This document shows positions 10,714 through 23,692 of a stretch of DNA of 64,000 bases, in pieces. Position 1 is the stretch's first letter. Every line of letters begins with the position of its first letter. A model generated the notes under the pieces. The model saw only the letters and a list, made by a program, of their open reading frames with translations, ran no database searches and was not told where the DNA came from. This DNA comes from Eledone cirrhosa (lineage: Eukaryota), in NCBI GenBank assembly GCA_964016885.1, contig OZ024740.1, forward strand, positions 338,582,001-338,646,000, in the 5' to 3' direction. The translations under genes were made by a program, and so were the position numbers.

Positions 10714-12650
10714 ATGGACGACTCAGAGTCACACCTTCCTCACAAACTAACACCTCACACCGACACCACCATTGTAAATATTACTACGTTTGCCAACACT
10801 AAAAATATAAGCAGTAGCAATATTTTAAATTTGTCTCATGCAGACATTCATTTGCCGCCATTACCAATGACTGCAGGTGTTGAAGCCGCCACCCCCACCA
10901 CCACCACAGCGACAACAGAAACAAAAGAAAGAAAGAAATTATCTCGTGACATCGAAATGGATTCACCCAAAATGAACTCTTCCACACCGAACACCACTGA
11001 CGCCACCACCACCACAACTGAAACTAAAATTAACAATAACAAAAATAACGATAACAACAACAGCAACAACAACAATGAGAATAAGAAAAGCACCCTGTCA
11101 TTTGCCAGAGTAGCAAAAAAGTGCGAAGCAATCCAGGTAACTCAGGAGGAATTAGAAGAAGCCAAAAGAATGGTAAAGAAAGATGGGTGCAGGGTCAGCC
11201 TCACCCCCCCCCCACCCCCACACACACCTAATAAAATGTAGCATCGGCGCCTATGCACCGTGTCTTATCGGACGATTAACATAAAATCGCGCCGAGTGGA
11301 ACGGGCATCCGAGTCCCAAATCCAAAACGCTTTGGGACATGTGTGGGCAAAAAAACCCACAATAGACGTGAGCAGAAATATGGAACCGTGGACGTGTTCT
11401 TTGGAACACCACAGGAGGCCAGAGAACACTCCATGGCCCCATTAAGAAGTGACGACTTCACACTCGTCCCAAGCTATTGTGGCCAGAGACTCGTGAAGAT
11501 CAGGGTGACCCACGTTCCACCGGCCACCGAAATTCCCTGGCTAATGGCTGCCGTCCTCTCCGGCATCTAGACCAACACCAAGATAATCGAAATAGCGAAA
11601 GAAAAGCAGGAGAACTGGTCCGGATCTGGGATGGAGCTCCTGATCCAAGCGGATCAAAAAAGCATTGAGGAGATCCCAGAGGTAATAGACCTCACTGACG
11701 GCAGCCACCTCACCGTAATCGTCGAGGGCAGAAGGCCTAGGTGTGTCGTTTGTGGTGAAGGAACCCACCTAAGGGTTTTCTGCCCTCAGGCTAAAAGGTT
11801 GAGGCCACCTCTCTTACCCACCCCAGTGACTCAACCATCAACACCACCAGCAGCAGAAATGGCAGCAACAACTGTAGCAGCAACAACAGAAGCAACTGTA
11901 ACAGCAACAACCCCAGCAACGGTAGCAAAACCAACACCACCACCACCCAACGCGCCAGAACTAGCACCAGCGCCTACACCATCCACCACGCCACAACCAA
12001 AACCAACGCCTGTGGAGTATTTTCCACTCCCCGACCTATCGCAATTGGAGACAGATTGTGACGACGAGGAGTGGGAAACGGTGTCAGGAAAAAAGAAAAA
12101 AGAAAAAGAAACCAAAATAGAAAAAAATTCTCATCCTTCCCCCTCCAAAAACAAAATACAGAGGGAAACAAATAAACTATCAAACAAAAAAGTTAGGACA
12201 GCTATGCCACCATCCACGCCAGATTCACCAACCCCATCTCCACAAACACCAACACCATCACCATCATTAACCCCAACACCACCTTCACCAACACCACAAA
12301 AGTCACCAAAAAGCGAAACAGAAACAAACCCACAACAAACGCAAACAAAACAAAACCACCAAAACGATACATACTACACAGCAATAAATTTGAACAACAA
12401 CCAATTATTACACTACATCCAACACAAAAAGACTACACAACAACCCAAAAGTTCACACCACCTCCACACATACAAATCACTCGCATCACACAGAAAACGT
12501 ATACGACACTAAAACAAAAATTCCCCAAAGACATCGGAGAATTCCGACAAGCACTCTCCAGGAGGATTTATAAGGACATCCTTCCGGAGGAGGCCAGAAG
12601 CAGTGAAGAGGATGGAGAAAACATCCTTCCTCTACGAGAAGTAAGGTAAG
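10714..12650 (+). pseudogene. Tx1 ORF1 (gag-like), frameshifted
   Basis: CCHC knuckle CVVCGEGTHLRVFC; Pro/Thr-rich linker; SFARVAK motif shared with 16371 ORF; end approximate. Confidence 0.75.
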
Positions 12651-12683
12651 TGGTCTTTCCCATCTTTTCCACTCCATTTCAAC

Positions 12684-15600
12684 ATGACCTCACTCAGAAT
12701 AGGCACCATAAATGCGCGTGGCTTGGGGTCGTCATGGAAGCAGGGCCACCTGATCAACGACCTCAGATCACTAAACATAGATGTAGTGGCCATCAGCGAG
12801 ACCAGAATCTCCGAAGCACGGGCCTTCGCACCGATCTTCGGTGGCTACGATGTGTACGCATCTCCCAGCCGTCCTGGATCGGGCGAAGGAGTTACTATGC
12901 TTTTTCGGAGAGGTTTGAATCTCGCCATACGGGCCATCTTCCTGGACCCAGAAGGTAAGTTGGTGGTGCTGGACGTGACCAGCGGAGAAGGGCAAGCTTT
13001 CAGGCTAGTGGACGTCTATGCCCCGACAGGAGCAGGGCGGCCTGATTTCTTCCAGCGTCTGGAGACCTTTCTAGAAACGTCCCGCTCTTTAGTGTTAGTG
13101 GGCGACTGGAATGGGATCTTAGATGCACACTGGGACTGTGTGGGATTAGCGGATAGGGGAGGAGGGTGCAAGAGCCTCACCAACCTGCTCAGGCGTTTTG
13201 AACTGTCTGACAGGTACCGATTGGATTTCCCGAATGTGCCAATGTGGACTTGGAAAAATCGTATCGGGTCATCCAGAGTATTTTGTAGGGAAATAGATAG
13301 GTCTAGCATAAGCTGTCCACAATTCAAGATAGTCAGCTACACAGACCACAAATTCGTGATCTGTGTGCTTGACTTAGATAGGCTTCATAGACGAGGATCC
13401 GGCTACTGGAAGCTAAACGCGTCCTTACCAGCGAACAAGGCCTACAGAGACCGGATTAGCGAACTAGTTAAGCGAGCGTTGACGGGGGCCATCGTCAACA
13501 ACAAGTGGTGGTTTGCTCTTAAAAGAGCGATTAGAATAGAGTCCATTAGGTTTAGTAAGTCTTTAGCTATAGAGAAAAATAGAGCAGAGGGAGAACTAGT
13601 TAGAAAATTAGACGAGGCGCTTAGAAAAGGCATGGCGACCGACGTACTTGCGGCGAAATTGGCCCTTGAACAATTCTTCAATGCAAAGAACGAAGGCTGC
13701 GTTGTCAGAGCTAGGGTGCGTGCTCTCAGACACGAGGGGACGAAAGCCGTCCAATGGGCCCGAGTGGCGGAGGCGCGTCGTGGCAACAAAGCCACGATCC
13801 GGTCTTTGGTGGACTACTACGGGCGAATGCTACTCGATCCCGGGCAAATGTGTGAAGCTTTTCAGCGACACTTCGCTCAACTGTTCGGGGGCATCGGTGG
13901 GCCGGATCGAGGGATGGACTTTAGTGTCTACCTCGACGGACTGCCGCGGCTCTCGGCCACTGAGGCGGAGTGTTGCGAAAAGCCGATAAGAGCCGCTGAA
14001 GTACGGGAGGCAATGACTGGCTGCACAAGGGGTAAATCGTCTGGTTTGGATGGTCTGCCCTATGAACTTTACGTACAAATGCCAGACTTGTTCGGGGGCC
14101 TCTTGGCGGACGTCTACTGCAGCTGGCAACAGAACGGGAGAATTCCCAGCTCTGTGAGCCGAGGAGCGGTGGCGCTGCTGAGAAAGGATCCGAACAAGGG
14201 GGATAACATAGATAATTTCAGGCCCATAACTCTGCTAAACACAGAGTTCAAGATGTTGGCCAAGGTGTTAGCAAAGAGGTTGGCGCTTGTCGCTGGTGGT
14301 CTGGTGGGAGAGGCGCAGACATGCGCCATTCCCGACAGATCCATCCACGACAACCTCCACCTCATGCGATACATCGAAGTGCGGGTAGCTAGGGAACCTG
14401 GCACGGGTGGGTTCTTGATCAACTTAGATCAGTCAAAGCTTTCGATAGGGTCGACCATCGTTACTTAGCGGCAGTCCCGCGCGAACTAGGATGCGGAAGA
14501 TCCGTGTAAGCATATGCGGACGATGTCACTGTAGTGGTGTCGAACGCCAAACACATCGAGGCGATCGGCACTACACTAAGAGAATACGAAGCGGTGACAG
14601 GAGCAATGATCAACCAGGAAAAGTCAGTGGGCCTGCAGCTCGGCACCTGGAGAGGCAGGTCTATGCCGTCCAACAGCATCGTCGGACGCTGGACGGACGG
14701 ACCGGTTAAATTGCTAGGGGTCTGTCTCGGTCCGGACCTCCAGACGGACAAAAACTGGGACGAGGTGACGAGCAGGGTGGCTTCTCTCACCAAGAAATGG
14801 GCGGAGAGGAAGCTATTCCTGAAAGGTCGAGCGGAGGTGGCTAACGTGTACATCGCGTCTGTCATCGGCTACCGCCTGACCGTCGTACCTTGTCCTAAGC
14901 CCCGCCTGACTGCGCTGGAGCGTTTGCTCTTTCGCTTTTTGTGGAAGGGACGCGCTCCGATGGTCAGGCTGTCCATCTGTTGTCAACACCCGCTACGTGG
15001 AGGGCTGGGCATGCCGTGGCTGATGATGCGCAGACACGCGCTCAGGCTTGACACCTCCACCTCTTCCTCGACGGTGATCAGGTGTGGTCGCCGCTTGCTA
15101 GACACGTCTTTCCCCAGCTCGTCTCCTTGACAGAGCTTCAGTCCTGGGTCAAGCGAAGACCGAGAGGGAGCGCTTGGAGACTGGAATGTCTTCAGGTGCT
15201 CACAGCCCTCGACCAATCGGGCAATGTGATCGGTGGAAACTCCACCTCAGCATTCTATAGAGGATTAGTGGAGGGGAAGAGCGACGACGTACTTGGGGAT
15301 ACTCTAGGCGTCGACGAAAATCAACTAGCCAATCTCTTCTGAAGAACTTTCGGGCCGGGGCCTATGGACAACTTCCAGAAATCTCTGACCTGGCAGTGCT
15401 ACTGAGGAGCCTTGCCAGTTCGGGATAAACTCTACAATGCATGGAGGTGCCGTCAGCCGGGCATGTCCGAGATGCGCGCAGGGCGACGAAACCGTCCTGC
15501 ACGCACTCGTCCAGTGTCCGAGAATTGCTGACTTGTGGGTTTATGTCGAACACCTGCTGTCGCGTGTAGGACGGATCTGGCTATCAGCTGAGTCCATCGT

Positions 15601-15879
15601 GAGGATTTCCCCACCCTCTTCCTTTAGCCGGGAAGGGCAGGCAGTTTTTATCTGTCTGGTGGCCATGGCGAAAGAGATAGTATGGTGGACATTTTGAAAG
15701 GGCTGAAGACGAGCACTTACCCCTTCGGTGATGCCCTGATTGACTTTTTCAAATATCATTTGAAAAGGAAAATCAGGGTAGAGAGGGAAGTGCTCTTTTC
15801 CCAGCATTTTGTTGAAAGATGGGTGAGAGAAGCAAGTAAGGCCCGAGTGAATGGGCCTAATCTGACTATGTGTCTGTAA
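12684..15879 (+). pseudogene. Tx1 ORF2 (APE endonuclease + RT + C-terminal zinc finger), disrupted
   Basis: TINARGL, ISETR, VGDWN, TDH, GYWKLN, FRPITLLN, AYADDV and CPRC motifs. The QG-LSP RT segment is deleted near 14477; frameshifts and stops present. Confidence 0.9.
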
Positions 15880-16155
15880 ATTAAAGGTGGAAAACTGGGA
15901 GAGGGCACTTGCCCTGGTGGTCAGGGTCACCGTGGCCTTTTAATGGGCTTTCTCCACAAATGTCCCTCCGAGGTCTCCCCTCTATTGTGGAATTTTTCAT
16001 TGTTATTTTTTTTGTTACATCCCCTGTTTTTGTTTTTTACACGCAGAAATGCCCATTAGTACCGCCCTGTATTGTCCTGCACTGTCCTTAATGTCTACTT
16101 TATGTAAACCCTTGTGGTTAATAAAGAAATCATTATTATTATTATTATTATTATT

Positions 16156-17127
16156 GAATGCCATGGTTGACGGAGGCTCGGCTCTGTAAGGTATAGTAAT
16201 TTTTAACCGTTAAAACAATTGTAAATTGTTTAAAACTTGAACCAAATTGTTGATAAAGACACCCTCCTCCTCGTGAGAGGGGTCTTTCTGTCCGTTATTT
16301 GGCCCTTCGGGGTTAAATAACCAGTTATTGGGGTTTTGTACCCAAAATTTCATTTTAAACAAAAAACAACATGGCTACGAAAAAGAAATTTCATACGTCA
16401 CTCCCACTCATTCCGTCTTCTTCTTCCTCAATCATCACTACAGCAGAGAGAAGATTGTCTCTCTCCCTCCCTTCTTTAAATGTCTCTCTCTCCCTCCCTT
16501 CTCTTTCGCAAGTGAGGAAAGAAAAGAAAAGTCTCGTGCAAAGCGTGCAAGGTTTCTCCACGACGACGACGACAGCGACGAAACAGGTGTGCGGGAAATA
16601 CGAAAACCCAGTTCATTCGTCTGACGTCAGGAATAATAGCAGTAGCAGCCGTAATAACAACAGCAACAGTGACAATGAAAACAACAGTAGCAGCCGCAAC
16701 AGCATCACCAGCAGCATAAACAACAACAGCATTAGCAGCAGCAACACCAACAACAACCACAGCAACAGCGGCGGAGGCAGTAGTCGTAGTACCTGCAGCA
16801 ACAACAAAAGTACCAGCAGCTCTGACGACAACAACAACAGCAGAGAAAAACCAATCTCATTTGCAGGTATTGCGAAAAACTTGGAAACAATCCTCATAAC
16901 AAATGAGGAATTAGAGGAAGCGAAGAAGATGGTGACAAAGAACGGACACCGAGCAATCTGCAAGGCAGCGGAAAAATTTTTCGAAACCCAAGAGCACTGT
17001 ACGGTCACGTACCGTACAGTAAGTACAAAATCCCGTAGGGTGGAAAGAGCCACAGAGGCCCAAATACAAAAGTCCTGCACTGTCCTTAATGTCTACTTTA
17101 TGTAAACCCTTGTGGTTAATAAAGAAA
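16156..17127 (+). mobile_element. Tx1-related internally deleted or chimeric element
   Basis: 5' UTR plus ORF1 N-terminus (ISFAGIAK..EELEEAKKMV..SRRVERA) joined at 17072 to a 56-nt 3' end identical to 16074-16129. Confidence 0.8.
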
Positions 17128-17159
<32 letters not shown>

Positions 17160-17171
17160 GTTATTGTTATT

Positions 17172-19615
17172 CCTTGAATCTCAGTCATTGATGTTGGTTA
17201 ACTGGAAAGTCCGTTGGATTGAATATCAAGCCACTACCTGCAGCCTCAGATATTCAGGACGTATCGGAGGGTTCTTGCTGTTCCAAGCAAGCATGCCTTT
17301 TGAAGCGTTCCAAAAAGCGTGAAGGGGCCGATTTTCTTTAACCATCCCTGGAAACTTTTGGAGATAGTCCCCAGTGCGCCTATGACAATCGGGATCACTT
17401 TGACTTCATGGCAGTTCCAAATCCTTTTCACCTCCCACTTTAGGTCCTGGTATCGGTTAATTTTCTCCCTCTCCTTCTCTTGCACTCTCGTGTCGAACGG
17501 GCAGGCCACATCCACAATCAGGCACGATCTTTTTTCTTTGTCCACAACCACCAGGTCAGGTCTATTGTGTTCCAGTTTTTTGTCCGTCTGTATCCTAAAA
17601 TCCCACAGCACCTTCACCTGATTGTTCTCCATCACCGCCTCTGGCCTATGCTCATACCATTTCTCAGAATGTGGTAGATTGTTTACTTTGCACAGGTGCC
17701 AGTGGATCACCCTGCCCATCACATCGTGTCTCCAGCCCTTATAGTGGGTCTGGGCTAGGTGTTTACACTCGGACACAATGTGAGCCACAGTCTCCTCTCT
17801 CTCTCCACAGATCCTGCACAGTGGGCTAGCCTCCTCCTTGTAGATATGGTGCTTCAACCACTTCGTTTTGAGGGCCTGCTCCTGCGCAGCCATTAGCATT
17901 CCTTCTGTAGCCTTTTTGAGGTCTCCTCTTCTCAACCAGTTCCATGTCTGTGGATCTCTAAATTCAGTTTTCTCAAAGAAGGTACTATGAAGGGATTTTC
18001 TCTTAAGGCTGCTCTTCCTCCTTGATGTTATTTCCTCCTTGGACATCCCCTGGCCTACTGTCCCCTCCTTCAGTACAGTTCTGAGCATTGGCTCCTTACT
18101 ATAGATCACGTATTTGTATAGGTTGTTTTTCTCCATCTGAACACAGTCCTCTATGCTGATAAGACCTCTTCCACCCTCAGATCTCCTTAGGTAGAGTCTA
18201 TCGACATCACTCCTCTTGTGGAACATGTTGTAGATAGTCAATAGCTTCCTAGTCTTCCTATCCATTTCTTTTTGTTCAGCAACATTCCATCTCAGAATTC
18301 CCGCACTGTACCTAATAATAGACACAGCTCGGGAATTTACTGCGCTTATGGCATTTCTGCTGTTCAGATGTGACTTCAATACGCTCCTTACTCTCCGAAT
18401 GTATTCAGTTCTTAACAATTCCTTCATTTTTTTGTTCTTTATGCCATCAGCCTCCAGGAAGCCCAAATACTTGTATCCTTCCTCAGAGTCAATTTCCTTT
18501 ATCATCTCACCTGTTGGTATCTGGATCCCGTTACTTCTGCTCAACCTACCCCTCTTCATCACAATGACTCCACATTTACCAATACCAAACTGCATACATA
18601 TATCACTGCTGAAAATACGGACAGTGTCAACAAGCACATCCAACTCCTTCTCACTTTTCCCGAAGAGCTTCAGATCGTCCATGAAGAGGAGGTGATTGAT
18701 GGTAAGCTCTCCCCTTCCCAACTTGTATCCTGCTCTCACTTTTCGCAGCATAATGGTCAAGGGCATCAGGGCAAGGACAAACAACAGAGGGGACAGGCTA
18801 TCTCCCTGGAAGATACCTCTCTTGATCTTCACGCTTCCCAAGGATACTCCAGTTGATGTCAACTCTGCCTCCCAGGACCCCTTACTCCTGCCTAGCAACT
18901 GTCTGATGTTATCTGCCACCCTGAAGATCTCCATGCTTTTGGTGATCCAGGAATGAGGCACCATGTCAAATGCCTTTCTGTAGTCTATCCATCCCATGGC
19001 AAGATCAATGTGTCTCCTCCTGCAATTCCCCATTACCATCTTATCAATAAGCAACTGGTCCTTTGTACCACGTGACTTCTTTCGGCATCCTTTCTGTTCG
19101 TCCGGTAACAAGTTGTTTGTGTGGAGGTGATGGTAGATTTCCTCAGACACAATGCTCAACAGTTTCCACATTACGGGCAGACATGTGATAGGTCTATAGT
19201 TGGTAACATCATTACCCTTGATTCGGTCTTTCATTATCAGAACTGTGGTACCTTTTGTCAACCACTCTGGCACCTCACCCGACACCAAGCAGTCATTGAA
19301 CATGGCCGTCAGCTTCGGGTGGAGGGATGTTAAATGTTTAATCCAATACCCCTGCACACCATCTGGGCCTGGTGATTTCCAGTTGGTTAGTTTTTTGGCT
19401 TGCCCCTTAAGAGTTTCAACTGTGATACTCAAATCAGTCTGTTGTTGTGCCTGCTCACCGATCTCCCTCTGTACTGTCTCAATCCACCCTGCCTGGGCAT
19501 TGTGTCTAACATCCTGCTCCCATATTCCTCTCCAGAATGTTTTAGTTTGTTCCGCCCCAGGGATCAAGTCGTTGCCTCTTTCTTTCCCCTCAAGCTGTCC
19601 AAACAGCATCTTCTG

Positions 19616-19618
<3 letters not shown>
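17172..19618 (-). mobile_element. Dong family A, 5'-truncated, with uninterrupted RT-CCHC-RLE frame (about 790 aa)
   Basis: Open frame 19617-17246: YRPITCL, QGDSLSPLLF, FMDDLKLF, CRICGEREETVAHIVSEC, RHD, NRPD..D..EK; flanked by (ATT)n. Confidence 0.95.
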
Positions 19619-19657
<39 letters not shown>

Positions 19658-19659
<2 letters not shown>

Positions 19660-22330
19660 AGTTGCATTTATCTTGCTTTATTTTCATACGAGTTATCACC
19701 AAGTCACAACCAGTGACCTCAAGAGACAACAAGGTCCGCCATGTTCAAGAAAGAACATACATACTCACACATGCATCTTTAGTGTTTAGACTTGTGATGT
19801 ACTTACATTGACAGAATCTTCCTTAGTATATGGGCAGTTCCCATTAGTACTATCTTTTGTATTTCTCCTATACGCGGGTTTCCTGGGATTTGCGATAAGT
19901 AATCATTAGACCCCTTAGGTATCATTCCCAGAGCGCCTACAACCACTGGTATTATATTAGTTCTCAATTTCCACATTTTTCCAATTTCTATCTCCAGGTC
20001 CTTATACTTGCTCAATTTTTCAAATGTTTTTATAGATACATTCTTCTCTATTGGAACGGACATATCAATTAGCAGGCATACCCTCTTTTTAAAGTCCTTC
20101 AATATTATATCAGGTCTATTTGCATCTATTTTTCGGTCTGTTTGGATGCTAAATTTCCACAACATTGAGATGTGATCTTCTTCAAGTATGGGAGGTGGTT
20201 GATGCTCCCACCAATTCTTTTGATGGGGCAGGTCAAAATGCTTACACATTATCCAATGTATGTATTGTGCAGCTCTGTCATGCCTGTTTAGGTATTCGAT
20301 TGGAGCTATAGGACTGCACATTGAAATTATATGGTCAATGGTCTCTGGTTGTTTTTTACATACACGGCATAATGGGCTGCATCCATTTTTTATTATGTTG
20401 CTTGGTAATTTTTTGTTGGCAGACAATTATCTTGTGGTGATATAATCACTCCTTCAGTCTCCGATTTCAGTCCAGATGATGCCAACCACTGATGGGTTAA
20501 AGTTTTGTCAACATCAGGATTGTTAGCTCGTTCTGGGTATTTTCCATACAGAGGCTTTTCTTGCCATTTCTTAGCCAGTTTCTGTTACAGTTCTTTCTTT
20601 GCAGTTACTTTTACCTGCTTTGCTTTTTCTGTGTTTTCCATTTCAGCAGTAAATGGGACTTCTGAAATGTGTAGTCCATTACTGTATCTTTGTGCATCTT
20701 TTGTAATGGATGCTTTCGTGTTTCAAAACGAGTTTGATCATCCAATCATGTGATTCCCTTAGATATGTAGAAAATCCAATTGTTGCAGTTTTCAACGCAA
20801 TATCTAACTGGATTAACCCACGTCCTCCTTCTTTCCTAGGGAGATATATTCTATCTATATCTGCCTTAGGGTGATGCATTCTGTGCATGGTTAAGCATTT
20901 TCGAATTTTTGTATCGAGCCTACGGATCTCTGTGCTTGACCAGTTGATGACATTGTAACTGTAGGTTACTACTGGTATGGCAAGCGTGTTTATGGCATCG
21001 ATCTTATTCCTTGCATTCAATTCCGTTCTTAAGATTGCTCTTACTCTGCGGTAACATTCCTTCCTTATCCTTTCCCTCATTGTCGAGTGCTTGGTTCCGT
21101 CTCCTTCACAAACACCTAGATATTTGTAAGTTTTTTCTTGATCAAGTTCTCTTATCACGTTCCTCCGATCAAGATTAATGTCTGAACTCTTCAGCAGCTT
21201 TCCTCTGGTGAACGTTGCTTTGGCGCATTTATCTAGTCCAAACTCCATTTTAATGTCATCACTGAACTGCTCCACAGTGGATAATAGCCCTTGCCATTGT
21301 TCATCATTTTTTGCAAATAGTTTCAGGTCATCCATGTAGAACAAGTGATTAATGGTTTTGTCATAGACTTTATATCTATGTTTTGTTTAATTGAGCATTT
21401 TACTTAATGGTATAAGTGCGATGCAGAATAAAAGCGGTGATAAAGAGTCACCCTGAAAAATTCCACAATTAATATTTACTTCTCCAGCTTCCAGTGATTT
21501 TGTTTCACTATTCAAAAGGAGTGTCGTTTTCCATGTCTTCATACTGAATGACAAAAACCTCCTGACAACGGGGATATTTTGAAAATCTCTAAACATTTTT
21601 CAATCCAACTGTGTGGCAAACTATCGAATGCTTTTTTATAATCTATCCAAGCAATTGATAGATTTTTGTGTCTATTATGGCAATCTTCCAGTATCTTTTT
21701 GTTAACCAAAAGCTGATCCTTACAGCCATATGAGCCTCGTTTACACCCTTTCTGCTCAATGGGAAATAGGTAATTTGTTATCAGGTGGTCATATGTATAT
21801 TCAGTTAGGACTGATGTTAAAATGTTATACATTGTGGTCAAGCAAGTTATCGGTCTGTAATTTTTGGGATTGTTTGTCTCATCATTCTTCGGAAGCAGGA
21901 ATGTAATGCCGTTAACTAGCCATGATGGTATCTTTTCTGGCTCCTTAACTATTTCATTGTAAAGTTGGGCTAACAGCTCATGAGACTGTGAAGGCATTTA
22001 TCCAAAAATTTTGTATTTTGTCTTTTCCTGAGGATTTCCATTTGCTGGTTTTTCTTAGAGCCAAGCGCAACTGTTCAACTGTTATATTTTCCCATATTTG
22101 TTCTTCAAGGTGAGCTGTATCTTTCATTTGTCTGTCCGTCCATGGGGCATGTATGTTATGAACTCTTTCTTCGGCCCAGATCTTTTCCCAGAATTCTTGC
22201 ACTTCCTCCTTGGGTGGTATTGATTTAGCAGTTATTGTTGACTTACCAATTTTTCTGTAGAAGTTTCATTGGTTGTTTTTGAACATATTATTGTCCTTAT
22301 AGAATCTAGATCGTTTTTCAAAGCCAGATA
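19658..22330 (-). mobile_element. Dong family B, 5'-truncated, frameshifted
   Basis: NYRPITCL, QGDSLSPLLF, YMDDLKLF, CRVC, NRPD; C-terminus LRKILSM. Confidence 0.92.
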
Positions 22331-22499
22331 ACGGCAATTTCACCACCACCACCACCAATCCCAGCACCATAATAATAATTACTATTGTTATTGTCTCAAG
22401 TTTTAACAAAATGTTTAATTCCAATATTAAGGGAATATGTCAACACATATATTAAACATACGCGACACAAACGCATAGATACTACAGATCAGACAAAAC

Positions 22500-22533
<34 letters not shown>

Positions 22534-22545
22534 GTTGTTGTTGTT

Positions 22546-23045
22546 GTTCTTTGAATCTCAGTCATTGATGTTATTTAACTGGAAAGTTTGTTGAAATGAA
22601 TATTAAGCCGCTACCTGCAGCCTCAGACATTCAGGACGTATCGGAGTTTTTCTTGCTGTTCCCAGCAAGCATGCCTGTTTGAAGTGTTCCAAAATGCGGG
22701 GCTGGACTAATCTTCTTTAACCATCCTTGGAAAATCTTTGAGATAGTATCTAGTGCGCCTATGACAATCTGGACGACCTTGATTTCATGGCAGTTCCAAA
22801 ACCTTTTTAACTCCCACTTTAAATCCTGGTATCGGTTAATTTTCTCCCTCTCCTTTTCTTGCACTCTCGTTTCAAATGGGCAGGCTACATCTACAATCAG
22901 GCACTATCTTTTTTTCTTGTCCCAAACCACCAGGTGAGGCCTATTGTGTTCTAATTTCTTGTCCGTACATAATAGGCCTGCCCTGGAGGTTTTGGACAAG
23001 AAAAAAAAGATCATGCCTGATTTTAGATGTAGCCTGCCCATTTGA
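22546..23045 (-). mobile_element. Dong family A 3' fragment with inverted duplication at its 5' end
   Basis: 22967-23045 is the reverse complement of about 22872-22948. Confidence 0.85.
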
Positions 23046-23059
23046 CAATTATTATTATT

Positions 23060-23159
<100 letters not shown>

Positions 23160-23485
23160 AAGCGCTCTTTGCCTGAGGTGTTCCCTTGAAAAGCTGGCTT
23201 ACCTCACAACAGTGTAGCATCTCTATGACATAAGATTGTTGCCTACTGACCAGCGAAATTGTACAGTCGGGACATTGAAGAAAAAATAGGTATATATCTG
23301 TGTCTATTATTTCTTCTTACTTTATAATTTGTTATATATATATAAAAAACCAATCATACACAAAACGCCAGCACCAACAGTTTTGCAAAAAATGTTAACA
23401 TGAATGAACCTGTTATTTTTATCTAAAGACATTTTTTCAAATTCCATCCCGCCCGTCCCCTCAATCTATTTTATTTCTCATTCCT

Positions 23486-23521
23486 TCTTCTGATGAAGTA
23501 CTAGCGTCCGAAACGTTAAGG
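23486..23521 (+). ncRNA. Minimal hammerhead motif (family 3)
   Basis: tctt-CTGATGA-agtactagcgtcc-GAAA-CG-TT-aagg; palindromic AACGTT helix III. Confidence 0.6.
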
Positions 23522-23607
23522 CCCTCTCCCTGCTATATCAAGCGTTAACCTAATATATACCTTCCATATATTGTACCGATTGTGTTATTTCTGTTTACCT
23601 TTTACAT

Positions 23608-23689
<82 letters not shown>

Positions 23690-23692
<3 letters not shown>

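Larger units (their letters stand above)
10500..16129 (+). mobile_element. Tx1/L1-clade LINE, both ends present, inactivated
   Basis: 5' UTR, ORF1, ORF2 and 3' UTR ending AATAAAGAAA; (ATT)n on both sides. Confidence 0.9.

Noticed and set aside
19618-19732. N-terminal extension of the 828-aa ORF with poly-Asn
   Set aside because: In-frame read-through of the (AAT)n target and the neighbouring Dong B 3' UTR; not a real start.
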